Shown here: positions 24,825-33,642 of the stretch, in pieces | Layout: every line of letters begins with the position of its first letter | Numbering within the stretch: the first letter of the stretch is position 1 | Assembly: GCA_036004805.1 (NCBI GenBank) | Contig: DASYRB010000008.1 | Coordinates: 3,090 to 67,089, forward strand | Reading direction: 5' to 3' | DNA: 64,000 nt | From: Candidatus Norongarragalinales archaeon | GTDB taxonomy: Archaea; Micrarchaeota; Micrarchaeia; Norongarragalinales; DASYRB01 | Notes under the pieces: model-generated | The model's input: only the letters and a program-made list of their open reading frames with translations | Told to the model about the DNA's origin: nothing | Database searches by the model: none | Program-made: the position numbers and the translations under genes

Positions 24825-26132
24825 TTAAGTGTTTTTTTCCAAAATCGCGAGATCGTCCTTTTTGGAATTTAGTACTAGCGTGACTTGTTCGCCTTGATCA
24901 TTTCTGAACACGGCGTATTTCGAGCCGTTCGTCTCGCCGGTTTCTTTTTTCCTGTGGAACAAATATTTACGCGCGATTGGGTGTTGTTCTACTTCAATGA
25001 TTGAATACAAAGCTTCGATGGTCGATTCTGCACCAGAATTAAAATTGACGCTGGACGAATCCAAGCCATCAAAACAACGACCGTTCTCGCGTTCATACAT
25101 CTGCTTCCCTGCGGGATTGTTGCCGAAAAACCAGCTCGCAATAAGCCCGGCCATTTTTTCGTAGTCCTGATTGCCGGTCGCTTCTGCCAAGCGCAAAGCA
25201 CCAACGATCATTGGTCGGAAGCCGTATGCGGTTTGTGAAAAGTTGCTGATCGAGTTTGCATCATTGATCTCGAACTCGCGCCGAAAATCTTCCACGAGCA
25301 GGCGAGAATAGAACGATTGAACTTCCTTTTCGGCAGCTTGGATCCAGTCTTTTCTGTCGAGAAGCCTTCCAGCCGTAACCAAGGCTTGCGTTTGGCAGTT
25401 CGCCCACGCGTGCCAGTGCGCGCCTTCCGAAAGAAACACTCCGTCCACCTGCATCGCGATGAGTGCTTCGGCAAATTTTTCGACGTATGCTTTCACTTTA
25501 GCGTTCGGTTCTGCCGCGTAGTACTCACACAGACCTATCAACAATTCGGAGGTCGCTGAAGCTGAGTATTCGCCGTATTGATGGATAATCCACTTCGGAA
25601 TTCTTTGCGAGCCGCGCTGTTCGAAAGAATCGTACGATTCAAGCAAAGAATCGATCCAGCGGAACGAGCGCTGAAGTTTTGCGTTAAGCTCTGTTGCGAA
25701 TGCGGGGTCTTCGTTCTTGAGAATTCGATAGCCAGCACTCATGGCCCAGAAGGCTCGTTCTCCCCACCATCCGAACGATTTGTAGCTCGTTCGGCCGTCG
25801 CGATTGATCGAGTGGTCTGCAAAAATAAAATTGTAGAACTGTCCATCGTCGCTCTGCATTTTCGTCACGAATCGCAATAGCGATTTTGCTTTCTCGAGGC
25901 TCTCGCTAGTCTTTGTTAGTTCATAGTGCCGCAGATAGAATATCGCGGCTCGCGCGGCATCATCGACACACGCGACACCTTCGGGACTGGAATCGTTCGC
26001 TTCCGTCCATTCATAACTCGGCGCGTTAGCATAAACATGAACAATGCCAACACGCACTCCCTGAAAAACAGTCGTTTCAGTCAGGTGCTCAAGATGTTCA
26101 AGATTGACGAGCGTTGCTTCTTGGTTGGCCAT
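24825..26132 (-). CDS. Hypothetical protein, possibly an (alpha/alpha)6-toroid / glycosidase-like fold
   Basis: ORF 24825..26192 trimmed to MANQEATLVNLEHL (ATG at 26132), because the extension runs into tRNA-Asn. 435 aa. Repeated helical W/Y/F-rich segments. Fold assignment is a guess. Confidence 0.65.
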   Translation of the reverse strand: MANQEATLVNLEHLEHLTETTVFQGVRVGIVHVYANAPSYEWTEANDSSPEGVACVDDAARAAIFYLRHYELTKTSESLEKAKSLLRFVTKMQSDDGQFYNFIFADHSINRDGRTSYKSFGWWGERAFWAMSAGYRILKNEDPAFATELNAKLQRSFRWIDSLLESYDSFEQRGSQRIPKWIIHQYGEYSASATSELLIGLCEYYAAEPNAKVKAYVEKFAEALIAMQVDGVFLSEGAHWHAWANCQTQALVTAGRLLDRKDWIQAAEKEVQSFYSRLLVEDFRREFEINDANSISNFSQTAYGFRPMIVGALRLAEATGNQDYEKMAGLIASWFFGNNPAGKQMYERENGRCFDGLDSSSVNFNSGAESTIEALYSIIEVEQHPIARKYLFHRKKETGETNGSKYAVFRNDQGEQVTLVLNSKKDDLAILEKNT

Positions 26133-26165
26133 CGAAACAGTAGGCGAGCACAAGTGGATAAATAG

Positions 26166-26237
26166 CGCCCAGTGACGGACTCGAACCGTCAACCACCTGA
26201 TTAACAGTCAGGTGCTCTACCATTGAGCTAACTGGGC
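26166..26237 (-). tRNA. tRNA-Asn (anticodon GTT)
   Basis: Hand fold of the minus strand: GCCCAGT TA GCTC AATGGTA GAGC A CCTGA CTGTTAA TCAGG TGGTT GACGG TTCGAGT CCGTC ACTGGGC G. Confidence 0.9.
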
Positions 26238-26276
26238 TCGAAAGAATTCGTCTAAAAAATCTTGGTTTTTGCGTTA

Positions 26277-27527
26277 TTAATACGTGACGCGCTGCATCGC
26301 TTCAATAGCTTCTCTCAGTTCTGAATGCGTCTTTGCGTACTCGTCAGGCGTGACTCCTTTCTCTATCGCTTCGCAGGTTTGTCTAAAAGCACGCGCGCCA
26401 GCCGACGGACCCGAGGGATGCGTGAACACGCGCCTGCCGATGATGATCGTGAAGTCCGTAGTACCGAGATTCTTGTACGTGTCGTAGAAGCTCTTCACCC
26501 AGTCGCCTGCTCCAAAAGCCGGCATGGTTGGCGCGATGTTGCTCATCGGCATTGTGCATGCTTGTGCGTTCTTGCGCACGTCTTCGGGAGTAGCGGGCAT
26601 TCTTCCGCCCGCGTTTTCGTTAATTATCAGATCTGCGCCAGCGATGCGTTGCAGCTTGGTCCAGCAGGTGGGCGCAATTCCGAAATCGTTCGAGCGCGTC
26701 ATTGCTGCACCTCCTGCGAAGTGCGCAAAAATCGGCACTCTTCCATCTTTCGCTAGCATTCTCATCGCAGAGAGGCCAGTCCATGCTGGAACAACCATGA
26801 CACCAGCGCTGTCGCCGTATGAAGCTACCAGATCGTAGAGCTCCAGCATCTTGTCCGTTTCGTCTGTGATGTTGCAAACGTACATTTTCTTCTCGCCAGT
26901 CGCGTCCTCCGCCTTGTGCAATGAGTCCATGACGAGTTCCAAGCGTTTTGCTGTTGGTGAGTATGCAGTATCGCTTACGGTTTCGTCATCTTTGCCGATA
27001 TCGAGGCCTCCCATGAACGCTTTCAACGCCTGATCTGCAGCAACCTCTGGTTTTGCACCCACGCCGGGCTTGAGCACGCTGCAAATAATCGGTCGGTGGT
27101 GGATGTTGAGTATTTTTCTCCAACCATCTTTTCCGAAGCGAGGGCCTGTGAAGTGCTTGAGGAATTCGTGTGGAAATTCGAGGTCGAGCAGTCGAATTTT
27201 TTGGAACACGCCGTGATCGTAAACTCCTTCGCCAGCGACTTCCGTCAAAAGGTTGGGGAGACGGGAACCGAAATTGATCACTGGGTGGGCGATTTTGCAG
27301 GCGGCGATGTTTCCTTTGTGCTCAAATTCGACCAGCTTTGCACCATGCTTTTCTGGGAAGTTCTCATCAACACCCATTCTTCCCTTGAGCGAGGTGGATG
27401 ATTCTTTGCACAACTCGATAACAGCCTTTTCCGGATCTGCGCTTTCGAAATAGTAAGTAGCAATAACGTGCTGTGAAGGGTCGATGTCTTTGCGGAGAAA
27501 ATTCTCCGCCGGATTCATGTCAATCAT
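26277..27527 (-). CDS. RuBisCO large-subunit superfamily protein with non-canonical active-site motifs (RuBisCO-like / form IV-like)
   Basis: 416 aa, collinear with archaeal form III RbcL as I recall it (RP.I.SVLKP.VG..PE, GEKKMY.CNIT, THPSGPSAGARAFRQ). GGLDIGKDDE is retained, but KPKxG->KPGVG, HRAxH->HFAGG and GGGxxGHP->GRRVFTHP. Confidence 0.85.
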   Translation of the reverse strand: MIDMNPAENFLRKDIDPSQHVIATYYFESADPEKAVIELCKESSTSLKGRMGVDENFPEKHGAKLVEFEHKGNIAACKIAHPVINFGSRLPNLLTEVAGEGVYDHGVFQKIRLLDLEFPHEFLKHFTGPRFGKDGWRKILNIHHRPIICSVLKPGVGAKPEVAADQALKAFMGGLDIGKDDETVSDTAYSPTAKRLELVMDSLHKAEDATGEKKMYVCNITDETDKMLELYDLVASYGDSAGVMVVPAWTGLSAMRMLAKDGRVPIFAHFAGGAAMTRSNDFGIAPTCWTKLQRIAGADLIINENAGGRMPATPEDVRKNAQACTMPMSNIAPTMPAFGAGDWVKSFYDTYKNLGTTDFTIIIGRRVFTHPSGPSAGARAFRQTCEAIEKGVTPDEYAKTHSELREAIEAMQRVTY

Positions 27528-27937
27528 TCGCCGATCACTTTCACGATGACGTCTCGCGCGCGTGGACCGTCCATTTCAAAGAGGAAGACGGATTGGTAGG
27601 TGCCGAACTTGAGCTTGCCGCCTTCGAGCGGAATATTTTCCGAAACACCAATCATCATTGTCGCAATGTGTGAGTGAGCGTTGGGCGCGTGGCGCTTGTC
27701 GTGCCTATACTCGCCAACCGGTGGCACGAGTTTTTTGAAGAAGTCGGCAGCGTCATCCGAGAGTCCTGCTTCGTGTTCGTTAATCACGATGCCCGCGGTA
27801 GAGTGAGTGCTGTAGACGACGCAGAAGCCTTCCTTGATTTGGCTCTCTTTTACCGCTTCTTTTACTTTTTCGGTGATGTCGACGAGCTCGAATTGTTTAG
27901 TGGTCTTGAGAGGTAGCGTTTCCGTAAAGGTCTTCAT
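27524..27937 (-). CDS. YjbQ/UPF0047-family protein (secondary thiamine-phosphate synthase-like)
   Basis: 137 aa: ELVDITEKVKEAVKESQIKEGFCVVYSTHSTAGIVINEHE...HSHI...LEGGKLKFGTYQSVFLFEMDGPR. Typical YjbQ pattern. 4-nt overlap with the RuBisCO-like gene start. Confidence 0.8.
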   Translation of the reverse strand: MKTFTETLPLKTTKQFELVDITEKVKEAVKESQIKEGFCVVYSTHSTAGIVINEHEAGLSDDAADFFKKLVPPVGEYRHDKRHAPNAHSHIATMMIGVSENIPLEGGKLKFGTYQSVFLFEMDGPRARDVIVKVIGE

Positions 27938-29076
27938 GGTAGAAAGTCTTCGTTCTTGATCTTTTCAGGAATGTATGTCTGCGAGATGTACTGCAAGTTC
28001 TTCGAGCTCAACGCTTGCAATTCCGCTTTGTATTTCTTTTCGAGGAATAGCTTGATCTGTTCCTGCCAGCGCTTGTCCTTGAACCATTCATAGCCCTGGA
28101 TTTCCTGCGCGCGCTTGATGTCGACGTCCTTCGCTTTGATCGTGACTTTTTGCAGGTTGTAGTGCTCAATGTCACTCATCGACATGCCCATGAAGTGCAT
28201 GTCCGGAACTCCGAGACGCGTAGACTCGTGCGCAAGCGCCATTGAGCCATACTTGATCGTGGAGTAGATGTACCATCCGTAAGGGTCCGCGTCAGTGAGC
28301 GAATAGATTGGCAGTTTGAGTTCTTGCGAGAAGCGCGAAAGCAATCTGCGCGTTCCGCGTGCGGCTTGTCCTTCGGTCGTCATGAGTAGGCATTTGTGTT
28401 TTTTCCAGAACTTGTCCTCGTTCAAGCGTTCCCAGATAGCGACCTTCTCGACGTGGAGGACGAAGTCGACGTTGACTTTCTTGAATTCGAGTTGTTCCAC
28501 GATGGAAGGAATGCCGAGGCCGCCCGTGCCGAGTTGCGAGAGATCGATTGTTGATTTTTCGCCACGTAGTTCGTCGGTGATCACCATGTCGCCCACCATG
28601 CGTCCTCTCGGGTTGGCCTTGAGGTGCATCGCTTCTCTGAACGTGTCGAGAGCGACTTCCATGTCGACGATGGCCGCGTTGCTTTCTTCCTGTTCTTCGA
28701 TCGTGTCTTCTTTCGTGCCTGGAATCGTGCGTTTTTTGGCGTAGTACAAGTCACGAATCGTCGCGGTCAAGTTGTTCTCGAGCAAATCTTTTTTGACGAA
28801 CGCGAGCACGAGCATGCTTTGCATGAATTTGCGCGCGTGACCGACGTTGAACATGTATCTGTGCGCGACTTTTTCGCCGAGCACGATCTTTTTGAGTTTC
28901 GCGTCGAACTTGACGTTGGCCGATCCTCGTACTGGAATCGACATGTTGAGGTTTTCGCCGGCTTTCGCTTCCTTGACGAGCTTTTCGCCCATCGCGATTA
29001 TTTTTTTGAGTACTTCTTTGTCGCGTGGCGTGAGCTTGACTTCTTCTTTCTCTTCTTTTTCTTCTTTCTTGGCCAT
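27934..29076 (-). CDS. top6A: DNA topoisomerase VI subunit A (Spo11-like)
   Basis: 380 aa. Winged-helix/5Y-CAP region plus Toprim (LLMTTEGQAARGTRRLL...YSLTDADPYGWYIY). Confidence 0.95.
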   Translation of the reverse strand: MAKKEEKEEKEEVKLTPRDKEVLKKIIAMGEKLVKEAKAGENLNMSIPVRGSANVKFDAKLKKIVLGEKVAHRYMFNVGHARKFMQSMLVLAFVKKDLLENNLTATIRDLYYAKKRTIPGTKEDTIEEQEESNAAIVDMEVALDTFREAMHLKANPRGRMVGDMVITDELRGEKSTIDLSQLGTGGLGIPSIVEQLEFKKVNVDFVLHVEKVAIWERLNEDKFWKKHKCLLMTTEGQAARGTRRLLSRFSQELKLPIYSLTDADPYGWYIYSTIKYGSMALAHESTRLGVPDMHFMGMSMSDIEHYNLQKVTIKAKDVDIKRAQEIQGYEWFKDKRWQEQIKLFLEKKYKAELQALSSKNLQYISQTYIPEKIKNEDFLP

Positions 29077-29096
29077 GATTCAGTTTTTTCTCCGTT

Positions 29097-30746
29097 TTAG
29101 TCTTGTTCCTCGATTTCAGCTTCTGCCGCTTCTTCGACTTCTTCCAGCGCCTCTTCCATGGCCGCGTCCTTGGCTTCGAGCGCGGCGGTGCGTTCGGCAG
29201 CGATCTTCTTGAGTTTTTCAGCGATCTCTGTCTTGGGGATGCCGGTCATGATGTTGAGCGCTTCAGCGACTTCGTCGACGTAGCGCAGGAAGATGGTTCG
29301 GCGTTCTTCTTGTTCGGCTGCGTGAGCGAGCTTGTGCAAGTACGTGCTCGTTTCTCGAGCTGCTTCCATGAGCGCCATTCGGATTTCTTCTACGATGTCT
29401 TCTTCCGGCGAGATGGACATTTTGCCGGCGCCGGTGTATGGAACGTAAACGGATACGAAGTTGACGAAAATGCTGACTGGCTGTGTTTCCCAGTCCTTGA
29501 GGTCGTAACGGTTCCAGTCAATGTTCTTGACGGCTTCCGAGATCGCGTCGTTGCCCGCGTCGAACAACAGTGGCGTGCGGTTTGCGAATCGCAAGAGTTC
29601 CCCCTTGCGTCCCTCGTTCGTCGTGACTCCCGCTTCTCCGCCGTAAGCGATCGCGGCCTCTACGAGAAATGGAATTCCGCCTCGAAACACCTTGGGTTTG
29701 CGTTCACGCACGGAGAGTTGTTCGGGTTTTAGTAGGTTCTTGAGAGATTTTGTGATTTGTTCTTCGCCGATCGGGATCATAGCGCTCGTTTCAGGAGCTA
29801 TCCATTTGATCTGCTGGAACGCTTTCACGAGTGCCTCTGCCTCGGGCCATTGCAGGTTCTTGGGCGCGCGGTCGAGGTCGATGTTTCCAATGAGTGCTTG
29901 TACTTCTTTCAATTTGTCGCTAGAGAAGCGCTGGAACTCGCCCGTGAGGAAAGATGATATCTTGCGGGCGGAGGTTTGGTGGGCCATGTCGATCAAGTCG
30001 CTCGTCGTAATTCCCAACGGGTGCGGCAATACTTTCGGCGGCTTCTTTGGCACTTCTTTTGATGCGCGGGGGAATACCGTGATCTCTTTGTTAGGCTCTA
30101 CGAGCGTGATTTGCGCGTGCGGATTGGCTAGCGCGGTGCGTCGCAAGTATTCGTAAACACTGTACTCCGAACGGTTGTAAGTGACTTCGCTGAACTCTCC
30201 CTCGACGTGAAGTCCGCGGAACTTGCCGCGCAAGTCCTTGTGGTCCGTGATTTTCGGCGCGTTTGTTTTGACGTCGATGGTCATGTCGCCTTCGAAGATG
30301 CTGCCGTCGCCCGTGCCGGTCTTGAAATGAGTGGCTTTGCCGGTGGTGATTTGTGCGAATAGTGTTGCGTATGAGGCGCCGATTCCTTGCTGTCCTCTCT
30401 TTTGCGCTCTTTGTCCGAACTTCGTTCCCGCCAAGAGTTGTCCGAGCGCGAGTCCTATCTTGCTTTTCGGTACTCCGGTTCCGTTGTCTTCAACGATGAC
30501 TTTTAGGTGGTCGCCGCCTTCGACGTTCTGTATTTCCACATTGATTTCCGGCAGGATGCCTGCTTCTTCGCAAGAGTCGAGGCTGTTGGTGACGTATTCG
30601 TGAACGATGGTGGTGAGAGAGCGAACCTTGCCGCTGTAACCCAACATCTGCCTGTTGCGTTTGAAAAATTCAGCTACGCTGTATTCTTTGAATTCTTTCT
30701 CGAGCTGTTCGTTGGTTGCTATTGGTTCTGGTGCTGCTTTGGCCAT
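29097..30746 (-). CDS. top6B: DNA topoisomerase VI subunit B (GHKL ATPase)
   Basis: 549 aa. Bergerat-fold motifs [30 protein letters not shown], plus a transducer domain. Confidence 0.95.
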   Translation of the reverse strand: MAKAAPEPIATNEQLEKEFKEYSVAEFFKRNRQMLGYSGKVRSLTTIVHEYVTNSLDSCEEAGILPEINVEIQNVEGGDHLKVIVEDNGTGVPKSKIGLALGQLLAGTKFGQRAQKRGQQGIGASYATLFAQITTGKATHFKTGTGDGSIFEGDMTIDVKTNAPKITDHKDLRGKFRGLHVEGEFSEVTYNRSEYSVYEYLRRTALANPHAQITLVEPNKEITVFPRASKEVPKKPPKVLPHPLGITTSDLIDMAHQTSARKISSFLTGEFQRFSSDKLKEVQALIGNIDLDRAPKNLQWPEAEALVKAFQQIKWIAPETSAMIPIGEEQITKSLKNLLKPEQLSVRERKPKVFRGGIPFLVEAAIAYGGEAGVTTNEGRKGELLRFANRTPLLFDAGNDAISEAVKNIDWNRYDLKDWETQPVSIFVNFVSVYVPYTGAGKMSISPEEDIVEEIRMALMEAARETSTYLHKLAHAAEQEERRTIFLRYVDEVAEALNIMTGIPKTEIAEKLKKIAAERTAALEAKDAAMEEALEEVEEAAEAEIEEQD

Positions 30747-30769
30747 TTTTTCGAAAAACCTTTGTTTTT

Positions 30770-31282
30770 TTATAGGAGTGCTCTTCGTTTCTTTTGTTCT
30801 TTTTCTAGGAACGCGAACACGGTGTTGTGATTAATACCTTCCAGCAGGCGCGTTATCGCTTCCTTCGCGAGCTTGAGGTCTTCAAACCTTCCCAAGAGGT
30901 AAACGTTATCGCCATCGACAGCGATCGCACAGTCGCTCAAATCTTCCAGCTTCGCTTTCGCCAGGCCTTGCGCGCCGATGATTCTTCCTTTTTGTCGCGT
31001 GATGGCTTTCTCTTTGCGGCGCATTATCTGTCCGAGATCCATTGTTTCCATGTAGAACTCGTCGTTGAACAACTTCCAGGCCTTGGCGGGCGGAAAGCCG
31101 TGGATCAGCGCGAGCGCGACTTGTTCCGCGACCCACTCGTTCTCGGGCTTCTCGTCGTTCTCGATCTCGAGCTGGTCGGCGTCGAACATCGTTTTGACGT
31201 CGGCGCGTTTTGCGAGGTCCTTGAGGACTTGTGGCTTGAGTCGCGAGCGACGTTCTCTGGGCACTTGCAAAACACGCATCAA
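30770..31282 (-). CDS. KH-domain RNA-binding protein (Dim2/Pno1-like)
   Basis: 170 aa. KH-like [18 protein letters not shown]. Small archaeal two-KH layout. Confidence 0.7.
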   Translation of the reverse strand: MMRVLQVPRERRSRLKPQVLKDLAKRADVKTMFDADQLEIENDEKPENEWVAEQVALALIHGFPPAKAWKLFNDEFYMETMDLGQIMRRKEKAITRQKGRIIGAQGLAKAKLEDLSDCAIAVDGDNVYLLGRFEDLKLAKEAITRLLEGINHNTVFAFLEKEQKKRRALL

Positions 31283-31395
31283 AAACTCACGAACTCGCAG
31301 CTAGACTCTAGCTGTTATACACTATAATTTTCCCTCTGAACCTTTAAAAAGCCTTGCCCGATTTTACGAGGGAAAACTGGTTTCGGAGATTTTCT

Positions 31396-31776
31396 CTATT
31401 TGCAGGCCGAGTTTCCTACGGGTACGCCGTAAATCGCTACCCTTCGTATGAATGGCGAGATTATGGTAAGCGTGTTCTCGCGTGAGAAAGAACTGAATGA
31501 TGCTTTGAGCTGGTTGCCGTAGTTCAAAGTAAAGTCCGACGGATGGCCATTCATGATTGGATGGATAGATTTAGCGCAAGAAGCAGTGCCGCATTCACCT
31601 TCCATGAATAACTTGCAATAATTCTGTGGCGCGTCAATCGTGAAATTGACCACCTTGGGAATGCTTTCGCCTAGAGACTGGTTCAGAATTAGAACAGATC
31701 CCTCCGGCACACTCGCAATACATCCGGCAAACAACGCCGCCAACAACAGAACTAACAGAATTTTCGATTTCATCAA
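31396..31776 (-). CDS. Small secreted/lipobox protein, hypothetical
   Basis: 126 aa. Signal peptide MMKSKILLVLLLAALFAGCIAS (lipobox-like LFAGC). Cys-rich mature part. Confidence 0.6.
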   Translation of the reverse strand: MMKSKILLVLLLAALFAGCIASVPEGSVLILNQSLGESIPKVVNFTIDAPQNYCKLFMEGECGTASCAKSIHPIMNGHPSDFTLNYGNQLKASFSSFSRENTLTIISPFIRRVAIYGVPVGNSACK

Positions 31777-31805
31777 AAAATCTTCAGTGCGAGAAATAAA
31801 AAGGA

Positions 31806-31878
31806 TAGCCCCGGGCAGATTCGAACTGCCGTTTACAGGTTCAGAGCCTGTCGTGCTAAACCACTACACCACGGGGCT
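31806..31878 (-). tRNA. tRNA-Gln (anticodon CTG)
   Basis: Hand fold of the minus strand: AGCCCCG TG GTG TAGTGGTTTAG CAC G ACAGG CTCTGAA CCTGT AAAC GGCAG TTCGAAT CTGCC CGGGGCT A. Confidence 0.88.
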
Positions 31879-31884
31879 GTCGTA

Positions 31885-32373
31885 TCAGTTCTTGGCGTTG
31901 GTTTGTTTTATAGCGTTCGTGCAGAAAGCCCAAAGACTCAGGACTGCGAAGGCGTCCACTATCCAGAGTGCGAGGTGTAGTGCTTGCATGCCGGTTTCGC
32001 CGAAAACTTGGCCGGAAGAGATCGTGAGCAAGAGCCTTGCGAAGTTGAACGAGAGGATGAAGGGCGCGAACTCGAGGAAGCTTTTGGCTCTTTTCTTGCG
32101 TGGAACGTGCGGCGTCGCGTAAAGCAATGCGGCGAAGAGCCCCAGCATTGCGAGGCCAGTGCATTCTTTCACTATTTCGAACGAGGCGTTAGGTAACTGG
32201 ATGGTGCTTGCTTCTACGTTGTTCGTGATTCCGAGTGCTGTGAGCGCTTGTCCTTCTCCCGCCGCGAGGATGTTTTGGAGCGTCGAGACGTCGATGGCGT
32301 AGAGCGCGGCGTAAGCGATCGCGATCGCAGGGAAGAAGCGTAGGAGGAATTGTTTCTGTTCTTCGTGCAACAA
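31885..32373 (-). CDS. Exosortase/archaeosortase-family protein (mini form, 162 aa)
   Basis: Multi-TM protein with an extracytoplasmic loop ending in FEIVKECTGLAMLGLFAAL (family Cys motif). A conserved-position Arg lies in SFNFARLLL, 42 residues after the Cys, and a His in ALHLALW. Confidence 0.62.
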   Translation of the reverse strand: MLHEEQKQFLLRFFPAIAIAYAALYAIDVSTLQNILAAGEGQALTALGITNNVEASTIQLPNASFEIVKECTGLAMLGLFAALLYATPHVPRKKRAKSFLEFAPFILSFNFARLLLTISSGQVFGETGMQALHLALWIVDAFAVLSLWAFCTNAIKQTNAKN

Positions 32374-32377
32374 ACCT

Positions 32378-32887
32378 TCACCAGGGTACGCGTTTGAGGC
32401 CGATGAGGTTGGCGGCGCGGTTGAGTCCCGCGTGAAGCAAGTACGTGAGCACGAGCAGAAAGAGGAATTCTTCCACTGTCGGCGTGTAGAAGGGCGAGGC
32501 GAAAATCAACGCGACGATGAGGAAGAGGAGCTTGTCCCAGAGGAACTTGCCGCCTTGCGCGATGTTGAGTCTGCGTTTGACGAAGCTGCCGAAAACGTCT
32601 CCCGCCATCGTGCCCACCGCGAGGAGAAATCCGGCGATGATTTTCGAAGCGAGTGATAATTGCGGCAAGAAAAGGTCGGGAATGAGTAGGGCTTCGATGA
32701 TTCCCATCGCCGTTCCGCCTATGAGCGCGATGGTGGTGCCGCGTACTGTTTTCCCGGGTCCGAATAACGGCCTTCCGTCGGTGAATTTCATGCCGAGGTC
32801 GAGTGGCGTTCTTCCTTGTACGACGACGGGCAGGGCGTTGGCCACGTAGGCCGGAAAAATGAGCGCGACTAGTCGTACGAAATCCAT
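32378..32887 (-). CDS. carS: CDP-archaeol synthase (CarS / UPF0290)
   Basis: 169 aa: FPAYVANALPVVVQGRTPLDLGMKFTDGRPLFGPGKTVRGT...GDVFGSFVKRR. Typical CarS pattern, 5 TM helices. Confidence 0.8.
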   Translation of the reverse strand: MDFVRLVALIFPAYVANALPVVVQGRTPLDLGMKFTDGRPLFGPGKTVRGTTIALIGGTAMGIIEALLIPDLFLPQLSLASKIIAGFLLAVGTMAGDVFGSFVKRRLNIAQGGKFLWDKLLFLIVALIFASPFYTPTVEEFLFLLVLTYLLHAGLNRAANLIGLKRVPW

Positions 32888-32961
32888 GTGTTTTTGTGTT
32901 TCGGGAGTGTTGGAATATTAACCAGTGCGGCCCCAGACTCTTGCGGGTGTTTTTTGTATCA

Positions 32962-33123
32962 ATGACAGTGAATGGTCACGACTTCATCCTGCAATGCCGC
33001 GCGTGCTACAACGACCGAACCAAGGTCGTCAGGCTCGAAAGCGGAACACAATTCCACACGTGCCCCGATTGCCGCGCTTCTTACAAAGTAGGCAATGACG
33101 GGTTCTTGGAGCGAGTCAAGTAA
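32962..33123 (+). CDS. Small zinc-ribbon protein (53 aa)
   Basis: ORF 32896..33123 trimmed to MTVNGHDFILQCRACYNDRTKVVRLESGTQFHTCPDCRASYKV... Has a CxxC...CxxC pattern. Confidence 0.45.
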   Translation: MTVNGHDFILQCRACYNDRTKVVRLESGTQFHTCPDCRASYKVGNDGFLERVK

Positions 33124-33144
33124 AAATTTTACGGTTTCATTTTC

Positions 33145-33642
33145 ATGGATGACGCGCAGAAAGAGTTCGAAAAACTAGTCGAAGAAGCAGTACACAGAAA
33201 GGGAGCGGTACTGGCCAGTTTGTTTTTTGATGCTCACGGCAAAGACAAGGAAAACGTCCAGAACGCGCTCATCGAGTTCGTTTCGCAGATCACGCGCGAG
33301 AAGGGCGTGTTGTGGTGCAAAGGCGAGATCCAGGACGCGATCGAGAGCGGCGGCCTTTACTCCAGCTATACTGAAGTCAAACTATTGTGTGATTCTTTCC
33401 TCACGCTTCACAACCTCGCGCTACGCTACGGACCGATCTCGGTCGACGTGTTGAAGCCCGCGCACCTGACTCTCGAAAGCGACCAGCTGCACAGCTTGCT
33501 GATGGACGCGGCGCAATCGACGCAGACTTACGCTCAATACATTCGCGAAAAAGTCCTGACGTCCGCAGAGAGAGAACAGTTCGACGAGCAGATGCGCAGG
33601 CGCACAGCGTTCGGCAAGCAGCTCAAGGAAAAGAAGTCCTAG
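33145..33642 (+). CDS. Hypothetical protein (165 aa)
   Basis: Clean ATG ORF with ordinary (not Arg-rich) composition. No motif recognised. Its 3' end overlaps the secD stop by 4 nt (convergent). Confidence 0.6.
   Translation: MDDAQKEFEKLVEEAVHRKGAVLASLFFDAHGKDKENVQNALIEFVSQITREKGVLWCKGEIQDAIESGGLYSSYTEVKLLCDSFLTLHNLALRYGPISVDVLKPAHLTLESDQLHSLLMDAAQSTQTYAQYIREKVLTSAEREQFDEQMRRRTAFGKQLKEKKS

Noticed and set aside
26277-27527. Annotation as a bona fide form III RuBisCO of the AMP-salvage pathway
   Set aside because: Several catalytic or phosphate-binding motifs are substituted (KPGVG, HFAGG, GRRVFTHP), and no deoA/e2b2 partners are nearby. It is downgraded to RuBisCO-like pending a proper alignment.
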